Shown in pieces: positions 14,195 to 29,569 of a stretch of DNA of 64,000 bases. The stretch is from Octopus vulgaris (lineage: Eukaryota). Made by a program: the position numbers and the translations under genes. A model generated the notes under the pieces. That model was not told the origin of the DNA and made no database searches. It was given only the letters and a program-made list of their open reading frames with translations. The first letter of the stretch is position 1; each line of letters starts with the position of its first letter. The DNA is taken from contig OX597836.1 in assembly GCA_951406725.2 (NCBI GenBank), positions 35,030,001-35,094,000 on the forward strand, read 5' to 3'.

Positions 14195-14531
14195 TGCTGT
14201 GTGATAAGTAGCTTGTTTACCAACCACATGGTTCCGGGTTCAGTTCCACTGCGTGGCACCTTGGGCAAGTGTCTTCTACTATAGCCTCGGGCCGACCAAA
14301 GGCTTGTGAGTGGATTTGGTAGACGGAAACTGAAAGAAGCCCGTCGTATATATGTATATATATATATATATATGCGTGTGTGTGTTTGTCCCCCTAGCAT
14401 TGCTTGACAACCGATGCGGGTGTGTTTATGTCCCCGTAACTTAGCGGTTCGGCAAAAGAGACCGATAGAATAAGTACTGGGCTTACAAAGAATAAGTCCC
14501 AGGGACGGGTTGCTCGATTAAATGCGGTGCA
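14195..14531 (+). mobile_element. SINE family A
   Basis: Head through GCGGTGC, 3'-truncated. Confidence 0.85.
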
Positions 14532-15048
14532 CCTGTGTGTGTTTGTGTGTGTGTGTGTGTGTAAACACACCAACACGGTTATTAAGCGGTGGAGGAAGAC
14601 AAAGAAAACATACAAACACACAAACACACACACACACACACGTACACACGCAGCGCATATATATTAATATAAATACATGAATATAAACATATACACATAT
14701 ACATGCGCAAGTGTATGTATTAATATAAATACATACACATACACACGTACACACTCATACATACATGCGCGCGCGTGTATCAATAAAAGTACATACACAA
14801 ATAGACGAGCGCGTGCATATATTACTATAAATACATACGCACACACACACATACACGCGAGTGCCTGTATTAATATAAATACATACATATACACACATTC
14901 ACACAAACACACATATATGTAGAATCATACATACATATATACATAGATATACACACACACACACACACACACGTATTCAATTCTAGATCAGGTCCTCATT
15001 ACGGATAAAATAATCCCCAAATTTCACTGGTTAATCACTATCATATAA

Positions 15049-15439
15049 CTAGCAGTATCGCCCAGAATTGCTCGGGTTTGTTTCGACCCGCTGGAATTGG
15101 AATTTTTGTAAAGTAAAAATTTTGCATTATGCAGCTTGTTATTCTCTTCAAGAGAACATTTTTCTGGTTGAAATACACCGAAAAGTGGCGATACAGCAGT
15201 GAAAAAATCGTAAAAAATATGGATTTTCATAGAAAAAAGCACCTTTTTGATGTAAATAATTTTTGGTGTTAACATGGTCTGATTTGAATTTTATCTCGTA
15301 CGGAAGGAAGAGCAAGCCTTCTTCTATCATACTCTCAATTTTGGTCAACTTGCACCGTAGGGTCTCGGAGGAGATAGTGTTAGTTGAAGGCTACCAAACC
15401 TGGCGCACACAAACAACTTCAGCTTTATATTGAGAGAGA
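15049..15439 (-). mobile_element. Non-autonomous Helitron
   Basis: Minus strand starts TCTCTC and ends CCCGAGCAATTCTGGGCGATACTGCTAG|T (hairpin plus CTAG). Confidence 0.75.
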
Positions 15440-15459
15440 TAACACACACACATTAATAC

Positions 15460-15506
<47 letters not shown>

Positions 15507-16261
15507 TGTATGTCTGGATGTATGTATGTATATATGTACATCTGTCCACTTCTTGCCATGTTTTTATCCTTCACTCCTCGCCCCCCACCAACACACACAC
15601 ACACTCACACACGCACGCACACACACACACCTTCTTAGCTTACAATTTATTTATTTTAACAATTGACAACTGAAGTACGCTCGCAAATCAATACTACGAA
15701 AACTTAGCGACAGAAAGTAAATTAAAAACAAATCGTAAAATATTGAGTTTTCTCGAATTTTTTGCTTAATTGGGGGTCAAATTGAAGGAAATTTATATGC
15801 CATGACCCAATGGAATGATCTTCGAAAAATCATTGGTAAATTCCAATTGAAGAAATTGTGTGAGGAGTAAATTGTTGTGTATTTATTTGTGTCTGTTTCC
15901 TGTGTATTTTTTTTTTGAGTAGTGGTTTAAGGTACACTTGCAAAGAGAAAGTAGGAGAAAGTGTGGTAATAGAAGGAGTGAAGCAGTTGATATGAGAGAG
16001 GCAAATCGTAAAATATTTAGTTTTCTCGAATTTTTGCTTAATTGGGGGTCAAATTGAAAAAAATTTAAATGCCATGACCCAATCGAATCTACTTCGAAAA
16101 ATCATAGGTACATTCCAATTGAAGAAATTCTATATTGTACAATGTTATTAAAAAGAAACATAGTCACAGGCAGAGAAAATCTGCCTTTTATCATAAGAGA
16201 TGAGAAAGTCTCGAAGATATGTTAGAGAATCATATATATAAATATATATATATGTATATAT

Positions 16262-16600
16262 ACTAATAAAAAGGGTTCAGCAAAGAATTGCCTCACCACA
16301 CACCGAAGTTCAGAAATAGCAGCTAAAAATCTTAGCCATTTCTTATACTTTAAAAAGGGTCTTCCAGAGAAACCAAAATACTTGAAGGTTATTCACACAG
16401 GCAGAGAGTAAAGTAACGAAAATCAATCAATATCTGATCGCCCATGGACGCGCGTTTCTGAATTAGGTTTTTTCATAAAGAATATTAAAAAATATACTTT
16501 ACTAACCATATTCTTCATCAGCATGGATTTTCTGTGATAATTCGAAGATACTAGAACATTTGAACGAATCTTTCCACATAACGGTATTAGGCCGCTCATC
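16262..16600 (-). mobile_element. Hammerhead-bearing element, same family as 26921-27588
   Basis: Colinear similarity to 27040-27390; abuts a TA-rich tract. Confidence 0.8.
16442..16526 (-). ncRNA. Type I hammerhead ribozyme (loop GCGC, GUC site)
   Basis: CCATG-CTGATGA-AGAATATGGTTAGTAAAG...CTTTATGAAAAACCTAATTCA-GAAA-C-GCGC-G-TC-CATGG. Confidence 0.85.
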
Positions 16601-17049
16601 TTGGATATCAACAGAAAAGGGCCACTTCATCCTGGCCATGCATTGGTGGCTCAACCACGCTTTCAGAACCTTACATTCCGAGCTGGATTTGATTTTATTT
16701 TACCATTTTACAATAATAATAATTCAAAGGATACGTGGCAAATACTCATTCCACTTTTTCCTCTCCGTCGTAAGTATTGGATATCGTATCTAAGTGGCTC
16801 TCAGCCAAAACTAGATATTTTCAGAAAATATCAACCACTGTCTACCAGTCTTTCTGTATACCTGAAAAGACACAATTCTTCGTTGCTGCCAATAACAGTC
16901 TCATAAACATTTCTCTCTCCACATCTTTATACTATACTAGCATTATGACCCGTCGTTGCCGGGTCATAGTGCTAGTGCATGTATATATGTGTATATATAT
17001 GTGTACATATTACATGTACATCTATATATATACATCTACACACAAAATA

Positions 17050-17600
17050 CAAAATGCAAAGTTATATCTTGCTATCGCTAGTGATAACAATACACAAAAT
17101 ATATAACAGAATGGAATTGTAGGCCCGTCTCTTGCAATTTCGATCAATTGTATCTTGTCCTCCCTCTTGTTTAGAAGTATGGCTACAATCCAGCCTACCT
17201 CTACTTCTGGGAGGAGATTTAATTTTTATCCGGGACGTCCTATGTCCCAGATATAAAGGTAAAAATAAAATATTTCCACTTTGCAAGGTTCGAGTAGAGT
17301 ACTCCCTTGCACGCTCCGTTGACTCGAACCTTGCTTCTATTGTGGCGAATTTACCGCCTCTGGTTAGATATCTTTCATAGTCGCACCAAGACACTTTTCG
17401 ATGGTGCTTTTCTCCAGGTGTTCAAATTTTATTTTCTTTACATTGTATTCTTTATAGACAATAGTCTTTTCTTTAATTTAATTTTTTATTTCGTTTGGTG
17501 GAGTTATCCTAGATTCACTGTCTTTGTCGGTGATCAATCCGTATTTCTTCCATTTTAATTTCAATGAGTTCGCGCCTGCCGACGGCTGCAGCGAAATTCA
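17050..17600 (-). mobile_element. Possible LINE ORF1-like fragment lying between Helitron-like termini (16936 and ~18430)
   Basis: Non-repetitive ORF 17062-17394. CTAG-hairpin palindrome at 16935-16975 and CAGTTTTATATA at ~18420. Confidence 0.3.
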
Positions 17601-18446
17601 TTTTTGGACTTTCTTCTATCGAAAACATTTTAACAAAAATGCTTCCGTGTAAACAGTGAAAATATTGTCAATTTCCCCAAACAGGGACACAATTCAATTT
17701 TTAAACAATAACCAAAGCCCCTTCTCCCAAAGGGGAGGGTTACAGTTTACAATTATTTAACAAATGCAACACAACAACGTTTCCATTACGAGGAACCAAC
17801 AAACGTGATAACAATAGTTAAACATTAATAATAATAACAGTACTCAGTAGAAGCGCTGTTCGAGAAAACAGACATTACATACAGCCAAACTTCATATAGA
17901 TACTTAATGCTAGCTAATTAGCAGATAATCTAATGTAAAAATCGTGGTAAAGGGTATTGCACACCTCCATCTGGACAATTCCATTTCTGCACGCTAATTT
18001 TATTTTTAATTTATTCCCATTCATGTGAAACCACTTATTCAAGTTCAAAATCATTGATGCAATTTTATACCAATTGCTATTTTTACTTTTGTTATGTTAC
18101 GATTATATTATACTTCAGTTTGATTTTAATTATTACTTACTACATATAATTCAATTGTTATTATTATTTTTATTGTTAAAGTGAAAGCATCTGACATAAA
18201 ATAGAGAAATATTTTTGTTTCACTTTTAACACGTAATACTGAAATAGTGGGGAAGATATGATATTGCTATGGGCTCGCTCTAGGCAAGAAGTTGAACATT
18301 TAATTTTTTTGCCCATGAAACAACATGGACCCTAAGTAAGGCATGTGTAAAATTTGAATGAAATTGGTTCTGTAATTCTCAAGTTTTAGGGAAACAAACA
18401 GACAGACACACATTCTCAGTTTTATATATACATATATATATATATA

Positions 18447-19577
18447 TCAAACTAAAATCATTGAACAAACAAATGCAAGGTCATCCGCATATCATTTCGT
18501 AATTCGAACATTTAATTATAGAATAAACATATAACCCGCAAGATGGAACAAAATTCATATGTATAGCACGTAATAATAATAATAATATGGTGCGAGAAAA
18601 TTCTTATCATTAAAAATTTAGAATTAATATTTTAGCGATTCAATGAAAATACATTTATAAAAAGACGTAGAAAGTAAAATATAATATAAGTAATATACAA
18701 AATATATAGGTATATAAAAATATAGGCATATAAAAATATATAAAACATATATAAATATATATACATATAGGAGTATATAAAAAAATATATAATATATATA
18801 TCATGTAAATAAAGTAAAATAAGGTTCATCGTTTAGAAATCTTATTCAGGTAAAGTAAACCTTTATTGGGCTATCCGAGCATGAATACCACAGTGGGAAA
18901 GCAAACAACACCGTACGGGCTTGTTGCGTGATGTCTATCTTTGTGTTTATATATATTTTTTTTTCCCCTGACGAAGGAGGTATTATCTGATTGCACCCTA
19001 GTGCTTTAAACATAATACACCCCTGAAATGGCCATAGGGATAAGTAAACATGATTTCCTTCTTAAATATAAGGCTTACTTTACCTGAATAAGATTTCTAA
19101 ACGATGAACCTTATTTTACTTTATTTACATGATATATATATTATATATTTTTTTATATGCTCCTATATGTATATATATTTATATATGTTTTATATATTTT
19201 TATATGCCTATATTTTTATATACTTATATATTTTGTATATTACTTATATTATATTTTACTTTCTACGTCCTTTTATAAATGTATTTTCATTGAATCGCTA
19301 AAATATTAATTCTAAATTTTTAATGATAAGAATTTTTTCGCACCATCTTATTATTATTATTACGTGCTATACATATGAAATTTTGTTCCATCTTGCGGGT
19401 TATATGTTTATTCTATAATTAAATGTTCGAATTACGAAATGATATGCGGATGACCTTGCATTTGTTTGTTCAATGATTTTAGTTTGACATTTTGTCTCTT
19501 CCAATAGAGCACTTCTATAGCAGTCCTATTAAACTTTTTTGTTCCTGACAAGAAACAATTATTGTATTATTAATATC

Positions 19578-19578
<1 letters not shown>
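18447..19578. mobile_element. Fold-back element with ~415-bp inverted arms and a hammerhead in the spacer
   Basis: 18447-18863 is the reverse complement of 19067-19487. The sense arm runs on to (TA)n at 19579. Confidence 0.85.
18961..19043 (+). ncRNA. Type I hammerhead ribozyme (loop GGCC, AUA site)
   Basis: TTTTCCC-CTGACGA-AGGAGGTATTAT..GCAC CCTA GTGC..ATAATACACCCCT-GAAA-T-GGCC-A-TA-GGGATAA. Confidence 0.85.
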
Positions 19579-19608
<30 letters not shown>

Positions 19609-19859
19609 GGACGAAATGCCGCTAAGCGCTTTGCCCTGCGTGGTAACGATTCTACCATCTCACCACCTTAAATCAATTGTATGTGACCTTCCGTCTTCAC
19701 GCTTTGAGTTCAAATTCTGCCGAGGTCGACTTTGCTTTCGTCCTTTCGGGCGGTCAATAATGTAAGTATCATTAGTGCACTGTAGTCGACTTCATCTACC
19801 AACCCACCCACTGAAATTGCTGGCCTAGTGCCAATAATTGAAATCAGAATTATATGTAA

Positions 19860-20228
19860 CCTTACGTTAAGGCTTACTCTGTAAGATGCAAGAGAAGAAG
19901 ACCCCTTTCTGTCATGAAGGGCCATAGCATTGCACCTAGAAAGTTCCCCTTCTAGGTACAAGTCCAGGTAAGGTTGTTTATGGAAGACCACCAGTCACCC
20001 ATGCATACCTGTCTCCCCTCTCAACGCCACCAATGTTATCCAAGAGAAACGGACTAGCCAATACAGCTTGGCACTAGTGACATCGCAACTCATTTCTACA
20101 GGTGAGTGAACTGGAGAAACGTAAAATAAAGTGAATTGCACAAGAACACAACACTCAGCCCGGTGCGGGAATCGAAATCACGACCTCATGATTATAAGTC
20201 CGACGCGCTAACCACTAACCCGTGCGGG
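19860..20228 (-). mobile_element. tRNA-derived SINE, family C
   Basis: Head GGTTAGTGGTTAGCGCGTCGGACT...GGTCGTGATTTCGATTCCC and CACTTTATTT motif; relative at 34925-35222. Confidence 0.6.
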
Positions 20229-20261
20229 TTCATAAACCTCAGTAATATAGACTATATCTAT

Positions 20262-20668
20262 ACTCTTTACTCTTTTACTTGTTTCAGTCATTTGACTGTG
20301 GCCATGCTGGAGCACCGCCTTTATTCGAGCAAATCGACCCCGGGACTTATCCTTTCTAAGCCCAGTACTTATTCTATCGGTCTCTTTTGCCGAACCGCTA
20401 CAATACGGGGACGTAAACACACCAGCATCGGTTGTCAAACAATGCTAGGGGGACAAACACAGACACACAAACACACACACATATACATATATATACACAT
20501 ATATACGACAAGCTTCTTTCAGTTTCCGTCTACCAAATCCACTCACATGGCATTGGTCGGCCCGAGGCTATAGCAGAAGACACTTGCCCAAGATGCCACG
20601 CAGTGGACTGAACCCGGAACCATGTGGTTGGTTAGCAAGCTACTTACCACACAGCCACTCCTGCGCCT
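20262..20668 (-). mobile_element. SINE family A, full length
   Basis: GGCGCAGGAGTGGCTGTGTGG...GAAACAAGTAAAAGAG on the minus strand. Confidence 0.9.
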
Positions 20669-20891
20669 ATAAGTAAAAGAAAAATCTTCTTACTGTCAGT
20701 GACTGAGGCGTCCTCCAATTACGGCCCCATCTTACAACTACGATCTCGTAAGAGCTGCGCGTTCCCTATTATATGAGCACTGAAAATATCCCCGTCACGT
20801 CCCCCGAGAACAGGGACCAGGAAAGTGTTATATAGTTTAATGCGACGATCTGTATGAATGAATGATCTGTATGTATGAATGATCTGTATAA

Positions 20892-21622
20892 AGGCGGCGA
20901 GCTGGCAGAAACGTTAGCACGCTGAGCGAAATGCGTAGCCGTATTTCGTCTGCCGTTACGTTCTGGGTTCAAATTCCGTTGAGGTCGACTTTGCCTTTCA
21001 TCCTTTCGGGGTCGATAAATTAAGTACCTATTTCTTTATTACCCACAAGGGGCTAAACATAGATGGGACAAACAAGGTCAGACATAGGTATTAAGTCGAT
21101 TCCATCGATCCCAGTGCGTAACTGGTACTTAATTTATCGACCCCAAAAGGATGAAAGGCCAAGTCGACCTCGACGGAATTTGAACTCACAACGTAACGAC
21201 AGACGAAATACGGCTACGCATTTCGCCCGGCGTGCTAACGTTTCTGCCAGCTCGCCGCCTGTAATTAAGTACCTATTTCTTTATTACCCACAAGGGGCTA
21301 AACACAGAGGGGACAAACAAGGACAGACATAGGTATTAAGTCGATTACATCGACCCAAGTGCGTAACTGGTACTTAATTTATCGACCCCGAAAGGATGAA
21401 AGGCAAAGTTGACCTCGGCGGAATTTGAACGCAGAACGTAGCGGCAGCCGAAATACCGCTAAGCATTTCGCACGGCGCGCTAACGTTTCTACCAACTCGC
21501 CGCCATTAAGTACCTGTAATTAAGTACCACTTACGCACTGGGGTCGATGCAATCGACTTAATTCGTTTGTCTGTCCTTGTTTGTCCCCCCTATGTTTAGC
21601 CCCTTGTGGGCAGTAAAGAAAT
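20892..21622. mobile_element. SINE family B cluster: one + copy interrupted by two - copies
   Basis: GGCGGCGAGCTGGCAGAAACG head, GTTCAAATTCC B box, Deu/Nin-like GCCTTTCATCCTTTCGGGGTCGATAAA core. + halves at 20892-21028 and 21517-21622; - copies at 21029-21259 and 21271-21503. Confidence 0.85.
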
Positions 21623-21717
21623 ATATATAGTTTAATGCGACGATCTGCATGAATGAAAAGATCAATGCATGTAAGTAGGTAGTCATGGCTGGAAAGGCTT
21701 TTCATCACAGGACTGAC

Positions 21718-22551
21718 TATTGGAACGGAAATAGTGGTTACGAAGCGAAGTTACGAATCACTCATGCTGTCGTAGCGTTTTCTCCGTCAACATTCTGAGC
21801 CGTTTAATACGAGAGTTATTTCCCTTGAGGAGAGAAAGGGAGTCAGATAGCAGCAGCAACAGTAAAATCAACCACAGCAAAGGCAAAAAAGGCAGCAGCC
21901 ATAGCAGCAGCAGCAGCAGCAGCAGCCGTAGCAGTAGCAGCAGCAGCAGCAGCATAGCAGCAGCAGAGGCCGCAGCCATAGCAGCAGTAGCAGCAGCCAT
22001 AGCAGCGGCAGCAGCCATAGCAGCAGCAGCAGCAGCAGCCTGAACAGCAGCAGCAGATATAGCAGCAGCAGATATAGCAGCAGCAGCCTAAACAGCAGAA
22101 GCAGCAGCCATAGCAGCAGCAGCAGCAGCCTGAACAGCAGCAGCAGCAGCCATAGCAGCAGCAGCCTAAACAGCAGAAGCAGCACCCAGAGCAGCAGTAG
22201 CCATAGCAGCAGCAGTCATACGAGCAGCAGCAGCCTAAACAGCAGCAGCAGCCATAGCAGCAGCCATAGCAGCAGCCATAGCAGCAGCCACAGCAGCAAC
22301 AGCAGCAGCCATAGCAGCCACAGCAGCAGCCATAGCAGCAGCAGAAAGGACGCAACTTCAGAATTTAAAGACGGGAAATCGCAAACAACTTCTATAACAA
22401 ACAAACATCTGAATTGAAGCCATTCTTTCGTCAAGGGAAATAACTCTTGTATTAAACCGCTCAGAATGCTGAGAGAGAAAATGTCACGACAGCATGTATG
22501 GACATATGCTTAAGAATCTCGCTTTGCAGCCACTAAAATTCCGTTTCAATA
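21718..22551. mobile_element. MITE-like element with ~110-bp imperfect TIRs enclosing a CAG-rich array
   Basis: TATTGGAACGGAA...GAGTTATTTCCCTTGA (21718-21828) is inverted at 22431-22551. (CAG)n with CAT/TAG/CCT variants at 21848-22345. Confidence 0.75.
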
Positions 22552-22682
22552 TATTGCAGTGTATTACAGCTTTGGGCCAATAAATGCCTTGTAAACAAGT
22601 TTAGTACATGTGGACAATGTGATGGATACATACATACATACATACATGCATAGATACATGCATACATACATACATACATACA

Positions 22683-22716
<34 letters not shown>

Positions 22717-22734
22717 CATACATATATACATACA

Positions 22735-23517
22735 CTAGCAGAATTGCCCGGCGTTGCTCGGGACTGAATTGCTTGAAAGTACTGTTAATGATTGCACTGA
22801 ATTATGATGATTATTCAGGCAAATATTGATATAAGTTTACGGTGGGAGATAAGGACTTAACGATCAAACGTGTGCCATTGCATTGTTTTGGGGGAACCAA
22901 ATTTCTGATGAGCATTATAGGGGCACCAACTTTAAGTTTGAGAAAGTATGGTGGTAGTCCGGGGTGCTCAAAGGAATTGAGTACCTCTATTGGATAGTTG
23001 ATGACGTCCTCTGGGTCAGGAGTTGTATCGATAGACTGATATACATAGACTTCCCCAGGAATGAGCTTTAGCATTTCATCATTAATATGGTGAACAGTTT
23101 TATTCCTCGGGGCCAGTATAGCCTTTTTGCCAATCCAATCCATATTCTTATAATTAGCTTGTAGATCTGGGAACACTGCATCTCTGAGATCAGAAGGCGT
23201 CTTAACAATGGTACAAATGGAATCGATGGCAATATTACCATTTTCATCCCCTGGTATTTTGCCTTCGCCAAGTGCAAGGAGGGTGTGAGGAAATGCTGCT
23301 GATGTGATATTACGTCGCATATGAGCACGCATATTGGTGTTAAGTTTGAGAGTTACCTCCCTTTATTAAAAAAAATATGCATTAAAATGGAAAAAAATAA
23401 TGGTAAATAAAAATAATGGTAAAATGCTAGGTAAATTGTAATTGAAGAAATCCTATATTGTAGATTTCTATAAGAGACAAAGGGAGGCAGATAAATTCTG
23501 CCTTTTATAATAAGAGA
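22735..23517 (-). mobile_element. Internally deleted Helitron carrying a PIF1-like helicase fragment
   Basis: A|TCTCTTATTATAAAA 5' end; ORF AILAPRN...LNSFEHPGLPP..LKLKVGAPIMLIRNL...CNGTRL; 3' hairpin CCCGAGCAACGCCGGG then CTAG|T. Confidence 0.9.
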
Positions 23518-26260
<2,743 letters not shown>

Positions 26261-26459
26261 CACGTACATACGCCCCCACCCATTCCCTCCCTCTTCCTTT
26301 TACCACTGACCACTGACTTGCGACTGCTATGTCAACTACCTTTCGCCCTACGTACACACACTTACATACAGACGCACGCACTAACATATACATAAATTTG
26401 TTTTATCTCGCTTTACACACACATACACACACGCACACGTACACACTCACACATACATC

Positions 26460-26743
26460 GAGTTGTTACCAACCTTCCTTTTTTCGCTCTTTTGTCTTTA
26501 AAAACCAGCCCCTGTTATCCAAAACTTCCGGCCTTTCAGCATGTTTACTTCGTAAAAACCAGTCGCGTTTTTTTCCCTCCGTTCGCCCACCTCGGGATCT
26601 TTCTTTCTTCCTTCTCTTATGTTTCCGACGAAGAGCTCCGCTCGAAACGTCATACCCTCCTTCTTCCCTCTTTCCTGAGCGCCTAATAATAATACTTTAA
26701 TTGTTCCACGTGTTGTTGTTTTTCTGTTTTCCCGTTTGGATTA

Positions 26744-26748
<5 letters not shown>
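26460..26748 (+). mobile_element. Second microsatellite-associated family with a compact hammerhead-like motif
   Basis: GTTT-CCGACGA-AGAGC TCC GCTC-GAAACGTC-ATAC (~26621-26655); 3' end TTTCCTGAGCG..AATAATAC...TTGGATTAAC(TA)n. Relatives at 30306-30520 (-), 43848-43937 and 63220-63310. Confidence 0.65.
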
Positions 26749-26787
<39 letters not shown>

Positions 26788-26883
26788 TGGGACAATGTTT
26801 TTGGTATCGTCTATCTGGATGTTTTGTTGCCCTTTTTGTATCACCTAGTTGCCCAGATGTTTTGCGTTCTAGTCCCATTTTGT

Positions 26884-26920
<37 letters not shown>

Positions 26921-26923
<3 letters not shown>

Positions 26924-27588
26924 CAATAATAACAAAGGGTAAAATTAATTTATTAAGAAGTAATCAATAATTTCACCAAGTAGAATTCGGTAGGAAAAAA
27001 GACCACTTCACGGTAAATTTAAGTAATACTTTATAATTACGGTCCGGCAAAGATTTGCTTTACCACATACCGAAGTTTAGAAATAGCAGTCAAAAAACCT
27101 TAGCTATTTCTTCTACTTTAAAAAGGGACTCCCAGAAAAACCAAAATACTTGAAAACAATCCACGCAGGCAGAGAGGAAAAATAACAAAAATCAATCCAT
27201 ATCTGGTTACCCATGTACGCGCGTTTCGGAATTAGATCGGTATAAAGAATATAGAATTATACTTTACCCAACCATTTTCGTTCATCAGCATGGAATTCCA
27301 ACAATATTAAATATAAAATATAAAATATTAAATTCGAAGGCACTGGAAGAATTGAATATATCTCTCCACCTAACGGTATCAGACAGATCATATTTAGTGC
27401 TAGTGCTGCCGAATTCAAAATACGAATGAGGTTCATTACCTTCCCCTGCCCATTAGCGCGTGTCGCCAGGTAAGATGCCACAGAAAAAAACTTTAGTTTG
27501 TTTTCAGGGAGAAAAATTCTATTATCAATAATAACAAAAGGTAAAATTAATTAATTAAGAAGTAATCAATAATTTCACCAAGTAGATT
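26921..27588 (-). mobile_element. ~602-nt hammerhead-bearing monomer in partial tandem
   Basis: CAATAATAACAAA.GGTAAAATTAATT...TTTCACCAAGTAGA occurs at 26924 and again at 27526; (TA)n at the 3' end. Confidence 0.85.
27211..27293 (-). ncRNA. Type I hammerhead ribozyme (loop GCGC, GUA site)
   Basis: CCATG-CTGATGA-ACGAAAATGGTTGGGTAAAG...CTTTATACCGATCTAATTCC-GAAA-C-GCGC-G-TA-CATGG. Confidence 0.85.
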
Positions 27589-27597
27589 TATAAAGTA

Positions 27598-27990
27598 CTA
27601 GCAGTATCGCCCGGCGTTGCTCGGGTTTGTAAGGGAAATAACTATACAGCATTTTTAGAGAGTTATAGCCAAAAAATAGCAAAAATTGCATTAAAAATGG
27701 AAAAAATATGATGGTAAATTTTTTAAAAGATTGTTAACTCATCGTAGACATTTTTAGAGAGTTACTCCCCATTAAAAAAATATGCATTAAAATGGAAAAA
27801 AATGATGTTAAATTATTTTTAAAATCGTAGACTCATCGTAGACGCTTGCTAATACCCAGAAGGGCTCGATATGAATCACGACTATAAGATACCCGGTTTT
27901 GGTTAAACTGCACCGCAAAATGTGGGAGTAGTTAGGAATCTAAATCGAAGGGGACAGACACTCACACAACTACAGTTTTATATATAAAGA
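27598..27990 (-). mobile_element. Non-autonomous Helitron
   Basis: TCTTTATATATAAAA...CCCGAGCAACGCCGGGCGATACTGCTAG; same family as 50856-51239. Confidence 0.85.
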
Positions 27991-29067
27991 TATATGCATA
28001 CATATATATATATATATATAATATCAATAATCCTTGGGTGGAATTTATAAATGTTTAATGCATCGCTATGCACGTTTCCACAAACCACTTGACTCTTAAG
28101 ATCACAGACCGCATTCCAGGAATGATTACTGCGTAGTCCTTAGTATCTGTGGCCATCCAGTTGATTAATCATCATTGATTCATTTGAATCAACCCATTCA
28201 TATGCAACCCGTATTGGCACTACACTTTGTGCGTCGACATGTCTCTATGTCTGTGAGGAGTCGTACAAGCCACAGTGGACCTACAATTTTGCACAAGCAT
28301 TACTGACATTTTGCATGGACATTGTTACTTAATTATTCTGAGTACACAATGTTCTATCATTTGTATGTGTGTGTATGTGTATATATATGTTCCAAAGATT
28401 TTGAACTTTTTCAAATATTCGACACCGTAGTTTTGAAAGTTGAAGTGATTTACAGAAATTTTGTTCTAGAAATTAAATAATAAAACATATTACAACTAAT
28501 GATTGTGTTGGAGGCTTCTACTTCGCTAAAAATACATAGATTTAAATGCTTGAAACTCTTCTATTATAAATTTGTAAAAAAATTTTTTTTAAATCAATTT
28601 CGTAACCCCACTGCGGAGCGCTGTATCAATTGCATGAAATGGAAAATATTCCAACAGCGTAACGTAAACAATGCTGGCATCTACCTTAAAATTCCCCCAA
28701 GGGTTGGTCTTCGTGCTACCCGCCCCCCTACAAAAATCATGCTCGCATCACATTACATTAAAACAGAAACATTTCACCTCAACGGGCCCTGCTCTCTTTA
28801 TAGCATCATGCTAAGGTACATAAGAAACGAAAAAGATCATCTAAATGGTTCGTGAATGAATATCTCCAACAAATTCCAGGTAAACCACCCACATCCGGAT
28901 ATATATCTTTGCAAACAAATTACTCAGAACTCGAATGCGCTCTGCTGCCCAAAGAATATTTGTGATATGAAACATCATTTAAAGGACTTTTCCTGGTAGT
29001 ACCATCAAGTTCTTCATGGCCTGGGCCAATTCTGGCCGTAACTTATCTAAGTCTCTAAGTATGTATA

Positions 29068-29144
<77 letters not shown>

Positions 29145-29569
29145 GAGTAGACAATTTGAAAAACAAAAAGTAAAAATCATTTGGTGAAAATTTAAAACTC
29201 TGCAAATGGTTGTCGGTGATAGAAAATAATCCTCTTATCGTCTACTGTGTCTAATCATCTAAAAATAAATAAATTAGTTAATTAAATAATAGAGAGACAG
29301 AGATAGAGATGCAGAGAGAGAGAGAGAGAGAGAGATAAATTATAAAGAGAAAACAACGTTATCAGTGTTTAAGATGCGTACTTTAGAGACAGGAGTAAGT
29401 TTATAATCGACGAAAACCCCTTTTTGGTACTGCTCTACTATGAGTTGAAGCAATTAAAAAGAATACTTAACAAATTAAACAGAGAATAAACGACATATCG
29501 CGTGTGTAAGCGAGTTTAATCGTCGAAATTTTCTCTATATGAAGGCAATCGTCGTATTAATAGAATCAT

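Noticed and set aside
16640-16920. Possible Tx1-like ORF2 C-terminus on the minus strand
   Set aside because: Only weak resemblance across several stops and frameshifts; not supportable without a search.
20160-20228. tRNA-like sequences
   Set aside because: These are SINE heads continuing into SINE bodies, with no complete cloverleaf.
21848-22345. CRISPR-like or host polyQ repeat
   Set aside because: No repeat-spacer structure; the Gln frame is broken by TAG stops and the array lies within TIRs.
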